From: Candidatus Omnitrophota bacterium
GTDB taxonomy: Bacteria > Omnitrophota > Omnitrophia > Omnitrophales > Aquincolibacteriaceae
Assembly: GCA_903856085.1 (NCBI GenBank)
Contig: CAIOAT010000047.1
Location: 84,634-148,633 of the forward strand
Length of the DNA: 64,000 nucleotides
Direction of reading: 5' to 3'
In this document: positions 58,101-64,000 of the stretch, piece by piece
How positions within the stretch are numbered: position 1 is the stretch's first letter
Layout of the letters: each line of letters begins with the position of its first letter
The notes under the pieces: model-generated
Told to the model about the DNA's origin: nothing
What the model saw: only the letters and a program-made list of their open reading frames with translations
Database searches by the model: none
Translations under genes and position numbers: made by a program

Positions 58101-61100
58101 GAAGTGTCGCTCGCCGCATAGATGTCGTTGGGGTTGACAGTCGACTTGTAATAATCGCCGGTCAAAAGAAGACCGGTCGACGGCACACGGCTGAACGCGC
58201 TGCCATCTTTAAGCGCCAGCGCCATAACCGCCTGATCGTCGGCGTTCACTTTTCCGTCCAAGTTGAAATCGCCGATCTTCTGTTCCTTCAGGGTCAGCGC
58301 TCCGCTGCTGTTTTTCCCAACCACGTAATGGCGACCGTGGAGCGTCAACTCACCGATCCCGTGGGAAATGAGCCCGGTATCTTCATAGGCATAGATCTCA
58401 CCGCTGGCAGTCTCCTTAAGGTAAACCGCGACCGGGGTAGTGTCCTTGAGAATCATAACTTTTTGGAGGTCGGACGTGCTGACCAGACGGTTCATGAGCA
58501 CCTCGACGTCCCTCGAATCGATCACGCCTTCTCCGTCGGAGCTGATATCAAGCGATGGGTCGTAATGCGCATCGCGGAAAAAGACGTTACTCACCGAGAT
58601 CCCGGTCCCAACGATAGGATTTTTCCAAACGAATTTGATGTCCCGTTTCGGCAAGTATGGCAAGCTCACCTTGAGGCTACCCTCAGTGGATAAGCCGCTG
58701 GCAGGAACATAGAATTGTCCGTAGGAAACGCCGCCGATCTGGACCTCGATGAGATATTGATAATCCGCCGGCATTGCCGCTAATTCAGTCGACGTCATAT
58801 CGGCCTTCGCCTGGAGGCCTATTTCATAAAGTCCCGAAACGGTCGCAGGGATTGGAACGTTGTCATAGGTAAGAGAGCTTTCACTGCACGGAGCCACATA
58901 GCAATGAGCGCGAACATCTTTGTAACCATTCGCAAAGCCGCTGCGATCGGACGTCCCCGCAAGAGACAGATCGCCGATCTTGCCCGATCCGACCGCCGAT
59001 TCCAAACGGGCGAGGTCCGCATCGTTAATGACACCGTCGTTATTTAGGTCATAGGGCAGATGTTCGACAAGCGTCACGCGCCCAGCGGCCGCCTTCACGA
59101 CCTCAAAATCCTTCCCTTCAACAGAGATTAACCCGTTAAGTTTCTGCGTGAAGACCTGGTCTCCTGCCCTGAGCTCCAAGCCACTTGCTGGGTACGCACG
59201 CAAGAAAACATTATCCAGTTTAAAGTTCTCCGGATAAGAATCGTTGTAAAGTCTGAGGGAATGAACGCCTTTTGTTAAATAGAACGGGACCGTCTTCCCC
59301 GCCGCATCACCCTGATTGATTGTGAACGAGCTGATCAATTTCGGATCATTGATAACCTCATTAGAATCTTTACCCTGGTAGGCTTCCATCACGAACGAGG
59401 CGCTCGAAACACCCGTCGCACCAAACTCATAAAAGCCGTCCGCAGGAACATCGATAGAGTAGCTAACGTCTATCCTGGAACCCTTGAAGACAAGACTCGA
59501 GTCTTCAGTCACAGGCACTGGATATACTTGCCAAGGCATCCCCGCGGATGGGGACAGATCTAACTCCTGAGTTCCCTGCTGACTGACCACGTAGGTCTTG
59601 TCGCCGATCTGGACAATCGTCTGGACCATGCTCTCCGAGGTTACCGGCATCTTGACCACCGACAAATGTCCGGACTCGTCGGCTTTGACTTGATACTTGA
59701 CCCCACCGAGCTCAAACGTATGATCCGCGCCCGCGACGATGCGGTCTTTTTCGAGCCGAACCGCCCCGGTCCGGGCATCTTTATAGACAGCGTACTCGAT
59801 TCCTCCCAAGACCACCGTGGAGCGAAGAAGCTCCCTACTGACCGCGCCCTGCCCGGCCACAAGTTGGCTCGTGACCCGCGGAACGTTGACCTCGCGCAAG
59901 AAAACCTGATCCAATCCAAAAGACGGCGTTTCAACCATCGGATCTTTAGGCGTCGCGGAAACCCTGATCGAATGAGACCCTTTTTCCAAGGAAAAGGAAC
60001 TCATCGTTTTCACTTCTTGATCCCCTGGATTGTAGTCGAACGACCCCACATCGATGCCGTCAATCGAGATAGAGACGCGATACGCGTCGCTCGGCTGGGC
60101 CTTGAGCCCAAATTCGTATGAACCGGCGTAGCTGACAGAAAAAGAATAATTTTCTCCATCGGATGCAGGCTGAGCAAATTCCTGGCGTTCCTGATCCGAG
60201 AACGCATAAGTCCCGTCCGCCTTCTGGGTCACTTCAAATGTCTTGTCTCCGATCTTGAGCAATCCGCCGGTCACATAAAGCACTTGGCCGCCGTCAAGCT
60301 TCATGACCTCATAACTGCCGTCTTCGAGCGTTGAAACGGAATATTTCGAGCCGTCGATCTGAACGATCGTGGAAGACAGGTTCTGGCTCTCGGCATGGCT
60401 TTGGCCCAGGGTCATGTGGCCAGTCGCGTCTTTCCCTAGGATCAGCTGGAGACCTCCGAAGTCCGAAAGCACAACTTTTTGATCCGAGACACGGCTTGTC
60501 GCCACCGCGCTGGTGGTGAATTCCTGCAGATCAAAACCGCCACCCTGCTTTTCGGAAACGCTGTATTCATGCCCTGCGACTTTCAGAGTATTGGCCGCGA
60601 CCGGCATGCTGATAAACTTTTCATAGATAGCAAGATCTGCCGCATCCACGCGCTTATCGTGATTGAGGTCCAGTTTTGGATCAGCTCCCTTGAGAGAGAG
60701 ACCCTTGATCCTGACATCAGCAACCTGCTCGCCCTGCGAGACATTAAAATTGTTTACCCACTTGACCAAAAAGCTTTCGGCCCCGGTATTCAGGACTCCG
60801 GGAATATTCGCCAGAACCGTCTGATACCCGCCATTCTTCCACGGCACAACGATCGTCGTATCAACTCCGTCCCCCGTCACACTAAAAACGAGATCTTCCT
60901 TCGGGAACCCGTTGTCCCAACCAAGCGGGTAATCGACGCTGATATCAAAACCCAGAGAATATTGGCCGGGATCCAGGACGTTGAAAGTAGGTGCAAAAGT
61001 GACGCCGCTGTTCGTAAAGTGGGATATATCCCCTGCCTGAGCTATCGTCGTAGAGGCATCTCCATTCCAATACTCATCCCAGAGCATCAATCCAACAGCT

Positions 61101-64000
61101 CTTTCCGAATCACTGGTAATGCCGTCTCCGTTCAGATCGTAACCGCTATAATAATCAGGCGTTAATAAGCTAGCCGCAGTCAATGCCGAAGATCTCAAGG
61201 CCTGATCAAAATAATCCCGGTCCAACGAGTCGACGACGCCGTCACCGTTCAGGTCCAGGGAGAAATCCTTGAGATTGGCGTCGATGTCCACATAGACATC
61301 ATTAAGTCCGGAGAATTTTCCGTCCTGAGTCAGGACCTTATACTTCGTGCCGCCCAAAATGACAGAGTTTGTCGCAGGATCGCTCGGAACAGGCGCCGAA
61401 GCATCACCTTGCTTCGAAAAGCTGAAGCCCCCGCCCGGGGTCTTCGAGACAAAATAGGTCTGGCCATCGACCGTGAGATAAGTCGTATCCTGTTCGCTGG
61501 CATAGGCTGTCTTTAAATCCTTCTCATAGGCAATCACATCAGCTTGGGTGATCACTTTGTTGGCATCGCGGTCAAAAGCACCGTTCCAATTTGCGCTTTG
61601 AATAGTGACGTTTTTCATGGCGAAACTGGCGTTATAGACCTTATTGACCCATTCGATCCGGACCGTGTGCTGGCCGGCGGACATCGGCATGACGATCGAA
61701 GCCGAATTCCAAGAGGTAGAACTGGCGGGCACCGTAATCACACCTGAGGCATTCTGCATATCATCGATAAAAACAGCAAATTCGTAGTGATCAAAACCGG
61801 CCGGCAGCGTCCGGAAACTTCCATAATAAACACTGCTGGCATCAAAGTTTAATTGGTACTGTCCACCCTGAGGAGCATTGAATCCGAAGTCTGAATAATA
61901 CTCGGAGGTATAGTCGTTCGAATAAACCTGGCTATCCCTTGCCCCGCTATTTTCGAACATATTTGATTGGGCTTCGAATTGCGGGGTGAATTGTCCGGCG
62001 CCGACGCTGGCCGCGAGATCCGTCAGATCCTTCTGATTGATCTTGCCGTCGCCGTTCAGGTCGAGACCGGCCGGAGCACCGACGCGGGAAATATTCATCA
62101 CTTCCTTGCCATCCACCGTCGCAGGGATAAGCTCATAGGTGAATCCGCCGATGTCGTATTGCATGGTACCTGCGTTGGGCGAATATTCCGTCCCGTCTTT
62201 TAGCAGCTTGTAAGTACCGCCTTCCGCGGGCACGATAACGAAATCAGAACCGTTGATCTCCACGACCCGTGCGCCGCCAACCGTGATCTGGTGCGGCTTT
62301 TCTTGGGAGATCTCAAGCGACCCGGTCGCGGGATCGCGGAAAACGTAATAGTCCACGCCGGCGATCTTGAACTTACCAGTGCTATCCACCGCCACCGAAC
62401 CATAGCTGCTTCCGAGCGAGTAAGTGCCGTCGCCATTGTCCTGCACAAGATAATTATGAGAAACACCGTTGACCGTCACTTGATAGACATTGTCATTCAC
62501 CCGTGTGAGCGCCACTGGGGCTTCATTCAACTGCAGAGTCCCGTTCTTGAAATCAACTCCATACGGGATCCCCGCGATCACGGTCTGCGCGGCTGAGGGC
62601 TTGATATCATAAACATTTCCGCCGCCGTCCATCAACTGGATCATGGATTCATCCACACCCGCTGTCGCCGGATTGTCCGGCAATACCTGATAGAAATAGA
62701 CCTGGCCGTTCAACTCAAACGACTTCTCCTCAATAACTGAGCTATCATTGAGCTGTTCCGTAATCGTGACCCAACCGGTGCCGCTCTCGATCGGATCGAT
62801 GATATACACGTGCCCGTCAAGGAACACCTTTTTGGCAAAGCCGTCGGTCGTCACCGATTTGTCGCCGCTGGTAAACGTGACCCGGCGCGCGTCATCAACT
62901 TTGACCACATATTCTTTGCCGTTCACCTGGATGATCTGGCTTTCGGCCAAGGTGCTTTTGCTTGCGAGTTCCTTCAGCTTGTAAATCTTTGCGGAAGGAA
63001 TATTCGCAAGAAGATACCGTTTATCCTGGACCATCACATATTCGTGTCCGTCCGAGGCATCCTTGTAGGATTCGTACTGACCGGAAGGATCGACCACAAG
63101 ATAATGATCCCCGGATTTCCGTATGGAAAATTCGTGGCCGTCTACGGTGATCTTCTGGAACGGGCTTCCGAATGACGGCGATCCGGCGACGGCTTCCCCG
63201 GCGGCCAATGCTCCGACAGCGTAGCGCGTATTACCAATGACGACTTGGTCATTGAAATACACATATTCATTAAGAGTGTCGTCATACGCGGAACTCCGCT
63301 CAGCCGGCGGCAGAGCACTGCTTTGATAAGTGTTTACCCCATCGGTCAGAATATAGCGGGTAATACTGTTCTCAACGACCTGGCGGATCTGGTAAGTCGC
63401 GTCCCCGATACGGATCGAGTTCGAACCCCAATCCGCGGGATCGCTTTCTTTGGGTGTTTCGTTCGCCCCGATGACCTCGGAATCAAAAATCGCTTGATCT
63501 TTTTCGTCGACCGTATAATCCCCGTTCAGATCGGCCGCCAGCATATTGTGCTCCGCCATGAACACATCCTTCACGGAGATGCCCGGAAGACCATAGATCT
63601 CGTCTGGGCTGTACTCCTTGGCGAATTTCCAGACGAGCTTCAGGTCATGATCGCCCGCGGCCAGATTGACCGTGAGGAAACCTTTTTCGGGCGTACCCAA
63701 CGAGTCGGGCCGGATCGCGAAATTGCCGTAGAGTTTTCCGTCGACATAGACATCAAACTGGTAATCGAGTTCAAGCAGCTGACTGGACTTGGCAGTAACG
63801 TCAGCCTTTTCGCCGAACATCGCCTTCGACATATCCGCAAAAGTTTCCGCCGAGACTCCGACGTCGTAGAGACCGCCCTTGGCAAGATTCATGGTGTAAT
63901 TCAACTGGTTGACGGTCTTGGCGTCATAGCCCGCGGGATTCGCCCGGTTATCGCCGCGGAGACTCGGCACCGTGAACACGGAATCGCCCTGAGCGTAAAA
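1..64000 (-). CDS. Giant multidomain protein, partial at both ends: at least 21,333 codons in the window, with no start or stop codon inside it. Codon phase is lowest codon coordinate = 2 mod 3 on the minus strand.
   Basis: Hand translation of the minus strand at about 20 sites gives protein-like sequence in this one phase. Sites: 1-1480, 2072, 3932, 4043, 4535, 5138, 5441, 7646, 10382-10558, 12815, 14041, 16556, 18850, 19346, 20072, 20341, 24416, 28800, 30056, 35041, 42541, 43469, 44273, 45452, 53000, 57650, 61232, 61500-64000. Codon-by-codon scans of 1-1480 and 61500-64000 found no tta/cta/tca triplet in this phase, so no minus-strand stop. The ORF track has 56 minus ORFs, all in phases 0 or 1 and none in phase 2, consistent with phase 2 being occupied throughout. 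The long plus-strand ORFs (17846, 19979, 23039, 26309, 33239, 35309, 41948, 46388, 47615, 52931, 56483) are all plus phase 2, the in-phase antisense shadow. I did not scan every codon of 1480-61500, so a single ORF rather than several same-phase ORFs is probable but not proven. Confidence 0.72.
2030..2130 (-). other. Possible ParB/Srx-fold (ParB-like nuclease) motif segment.
   Basis: The translation LHLPDGSIAIDNGHHRAFLFDQAGLKTIPA is encoded around 2075-2092. The D-x-G-H-H-R pattern resembles the ParB/sulfiredoxin-superfamily active-site motif. This rests on one motif only, so confidence is low. Confidence 0.3.
3930..5650 (-). other. SecA-like DEAD motor ATPase domain (NBD1, PPXD-like insert, NBD2) embedded in the giant ORF.
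   Basis: Four SecA hallmark motifs are present in SecA order and spacing. Motif I is AELLTGEGKTY at 5441-5467 (SecA: MKTGEGKTL). Motif II is VIDEADSILITLAKTPLIISSGSG with DEAD at 5138-5149 (SecA: DEVDSILIDEARTPLIISG). Motif III is GMTGTA at 4535-4552 (identical to SecA). Motif VI is ATNIAGRGTDIK at 4043-4075 (SecA: TNMAGRGTDIKL). Further down is RGRAGRQGDVG at 3932-3961 (SecA: RGRSGRQGDPG). Spacings are about 103 aa from I to II, about 200 aa from II to III, and about 157 aa from III to VI. The 200-aa gap matches a PPXD-like insertion. Confidence 0.8.
6400..9350 (-). repeat. Coding tandem leucine-rich repeats of about 33 aa (LRR-like or pentapeptide-like solenoid).
   Basis: The verified translation at 8290-8480 is ISGRLDLTKLNGNTLTSALKVLGDVGVDTTHLRIEGTLDVKLVTDGVLSNLINLV. 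The translation at 7510-7666 is GRTSLADLARLCDLVGGADFSGIEMTGTFDVARLGDLSTLRDLKTMLDSRVDMRG. Both show periodic L/I/V spacing with G and D at fixed positions. The plus-strand shadow ORFs at 6357-9422 are correspondingly Ser/Arg/Leu-rich and repetitive. Confidence 0.55.
9400..10700 (-). other. Hydrophobic membrane region with at least one clear transmembrane hairpin at 10382-10552.
   Basis: The verified translation at 10382-10558 is HNVIATGVAIIVGAIAVVLAVVKISAAVAAGTFLVAGGWIGVAIVAGVLLTGGLIALAY. This is two hydrophobic stretches of roughly 20+ residues separated by KIS. A further hydrophobic segment, VIDFIGFAAEAAFLGFTS, is verified at 10150-10230. Additional candidate helices lie between 9400 and 10150 but were not all verified. 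Confidence 0.6.
10700..18300 (-). other. Large non-repetitive region of unknown function, about 2,500 aa.
   Basis: Protein-like in-frame translations were sampled at 12815 (GFEAGGHVPSQGSFNGGIQMIVDDFANSM), 13981-14100 (YLERVYNTHVGGTGSKNVLSTSSATTGIDLVNGKFDEAEK) and 16556 (SLSAAASLNTNGVNWNTNV). I recognised no family-specific motif. Confidence 0.4.
18300..20500 (-). repeat. YD/RHS-like repeat region (coding).
   Basis: Verified translations are LLTVDRTGNVERYSYMRDTSGNIMKDSTGKPIETYILHS at 18850-18960, EIYSYTTYYRDANDRLVQTTAVAYPQTGV at 19265-19350, and VTNYAPDGSVLTTNYSWYGTDGALQRVDYMRKDSYQITGQ at 20281-20400. All three fit the YD-repeat pattern x-Y-x-Y-D-x-x-G-R/N-L/I. Confidence 0.55.
20500..29000 (-). 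other. Mixed region: coiled-coil-like A/Q/K/L-rich segments plus small Cys-containing and beta segments.
   Basis: Verified samples are AAANHTQAAWRQLWVDYYN at 24416 and PDYPDECGTYECITI at about 28770-28815. The intervening translation is alanine/lysine/glutamine-rich. Confidence 0.4.
29000..43200 (-). other. Very long alpha-helical low-complexity region (A/L/Q/S/T/K-rich), about 4,700 aa; a putative stalk or fibre.
   Basis: Verified in-frame samples are VLKNQLLSVQTEMGNLRNLIANEVQKPLSQMED at 29960-30060, GSASSAMLAEKILRELEAA at 35041-35100, and TRALELKDRAGNISAAALD at 42541-42600. Nucleotide composition is dominated by gcc/gcg/ctg/cag codons on the minus strand. Confidence 0.5.
43210..44510 (-). 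repeat. Cluster of dockerin/EF-hand-like Ca-binding loops (D-x-N-x-D-G-x-I/V-D).
   Basis: The loops are FDITGDGMV (43211-43237), VDRNGDGVI (43289-43315), DVNKDGKID (43469-43495), VDVNADNKI (about 43570-43600), ADIDADGKV (about 43640-43670), IDVNGDGKVD (44273-44302), ADVNHDGKF (about 44347-44375), and QDVNNDGVV (44481-44510). Confidence 0.7.
45450..46150 (-). repeat. Ca-binding loop cluster.
   Basis: The loops are DVNGDGKID (45452-45478), LDFNGDGQV (45950-45976), and MDINGDNW (46124-46148). Confidence 0.6.
46620..47265 (-). repeat. Ca-binding loop cluster in dockerin-like pairs.
   Basis: The loops are ADTNKDGIV (46627-46653), YDLNNDGVV (46738-46765), ADVNKDGKV (46818-46844), RDLNGDGVF (46923-46949), ADVNGDNE (47004-47030), and ADLDGSGTV (47236-47262). 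Confidence 0.65.
49680..50690 (-). repeat. Dense cluster of at least 10 Ca-binding loops (dockerin-like tandem pairs).
   Basis: The loops are DLNGDGVVNDADV (49678-49716), QIDVNGDGLITEMD (about 49745-49786), DYLGDGQV (about 49861-49885), ADVNGDK (about 49945-49965), ADINGDGK (about 50135-50158), YDLNGDGKF (about 50228-50255), ADVNHDGKV (about 50315-50340), QDVNGDGLV (about 50565-50592), and ADVNKDGT (50651-50674). Confidence 0.7.
50700..64000 (-). repeat. Tandem beta-rich modules with a recurring hairpin motif and single Ca-binding loops between modules; the region 47300-49650 has the same character.
   Basis: A verified module at 52990-53110 is ANSDTAYTDFQEIAFGGTTYRIDKIAGGEVKLLSPAPG. The recurring motif is h-G-G-x-x-Y-x-V/I-x-x-x-x-D-G-x-x-x-F. 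Single Ca loops are ADLNGDGKI (57650-57676), GDFNLDGKV (58246-58272), YDLNNDGVI (about 59019-59048), GYDLNGDGI (about 61114-61140), LDLNGDGVV (61232-61258), LDLNGDGKI (62038-62064, out of frame, see the frameshift entry), and ADLNGDYTVDEKD (63503-63541). The contiguous verified translation of 61500-61981 and 62102-64000 is beta-strand-like (Y/T/V/S-rich). Confidence 0.55.
61982..62090 (-). other. Compensated +1/-1 frameshift segment inside the giant ORF; one Ca-binding repeat is read out of frame.
   Basis: In the ORF phase, this segment translates as GDEYFPRRCSGRSRPERRRQDQSEGSDGSRGQRRRRTIHP, which is Arg-rich and unlike any flank. The adjacent phase (lowest coordinate = 1 mod 3) translates as VMNISRVGAPAGLDLNGDGKINQKDLTDLAASVGAGQFTP, a canonical copy of the window's Ca-loop motif. 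The upstream flank ...YELIPATVDGKE and the downstream flank EFEAQSNMFENSG... are in the ORF phase. The two junctions sit at plus-strand homopolymers: ggg/aaa at 62085-62090 and gggg at 61982-61985. The ORF phase contains no stop across the segment, so the ORF stays open. Confidence 0.6.

Noticed and set aside
61849-62136. A 95-codon minus-strand ORF in the adjacent phase, starting with Met (MSLSLRRWMARKVMNISRVGAPAGLDLNGDGKI...), that could be taken for a small separate gene.
   Set aside because: Its middle is simply the out-of-frame Ca-binding repeat of the giant protein, created by the compensated frameshift pair. The flanking ORF-phase sequence is continuous and protein-like through it. There is no RBS or intergenic gap.
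43200-64000. Recurrent near-identical short DNA motifs such as gatcttgccgtcgccgtt, which could suggest a CRISPR array or an IS-derived repeat.
   Set aside because: Copies are 18-27 nt with variable sequence and irregular spacing of hundreds to thousands of nt. They are in-frame codon repeats of one protein motif (DxNxDGxID). No direct-repeat and spacer architecture is present, and no transposase or inverted repeats were seen.
1-64000. Splitting the window into several separate minus-strand genes (helicase, SecA-like, LRR protein, adhesin).
   Set aside because: All sampled segments share one codon phase and no in-frame stop was found where checked. Independent adjacent genes would be expected to differ in phase and to show stop, RBS and start junctions. 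The ORF track independently shows no separate ORFs in this phase. The call remains at confidence 0.72 rather than certain because 1480-61500 was sampled, not exhaustively scanned.
1-64000. Promoters, terminators, tRNA/rRNA, mobile elements.
   Set aside because: No AT-rich intergenic stretch and no stem-loop with a T-tract terminator were seen. There is no tRNA-like or rRNA-like sequence. The window appears to be 100 percent coding for one gene.

Overview
The whole 64 kb window appears to be the interior of one giant gene on the minus strand. Every stretch I translated by hand (about 20 sites from position 1 to 64000) is protein-like in the same minus-strand reading frame, with codon lowest coordinates congruent to 2 mod 3. 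I found no in-frame stop in any segment I checked codon by codon: 1-1480 and 61500-64000. The ORF track lists no minus-strand ORF in that frame at all; all 56 listed minus ORFs are in the other two frames. The longest plus-strand ORFs are almost all in the in-phase antisense frame, which is the expected shadow of a GC3-rich minus-strand gene. So the window holds no gene start, no gene stop, no intergenic DNA, and no RNA, CRISPR or mobile element. It holds more than 21,300 codons of a single multidomain protein that is partial at both ends. Read N to C (high to low coordinate), the domain order I can support is: tandem beta-rich modules interspersed with dozens of dockerin/EF-hand-like calcium-binding loops (64000 to about 43200); a roughly 4,700-aa alpha-helical low-complexity region (about 43200-29000); a mixed region with Cys-containing motifs and coiled-coil segments (29000-20500); YD/RHS-like repeats (about 20500-18300); a large non-repetitive region (18300-10700); a hydrophobic membrane region with a clear transmembrane hairpin (about 10700-9400); leucine-rich tandem repeats of about 33 aa (9350-6400); a SecA-like DEAD motor ATPase domain carrying the SecA signature motifs (5650-3930); a possible ParB/Srx-like DGHHR motif (about 2100); and an SF2 helicase-like ATPase domain with Walker A APTGFGKS (1160-1, continuing off-window). 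I also see a compensated pair of +1/-1 frameshifts at G/C homopolymers near 61982-62090 that puts one calcium-binding repeat out of frame without breaking the ORF. The combination of an adhesin/RHS-like extracytoplasmic giant region, a membrane anchor, and cytoplasmic SecA-like plus helicase-like ATPases in one polypeptide is, to my knowledge, undescribed. It resembles the giant genes reported from Omnitrophota-like bacteria; that comparison is inference only.
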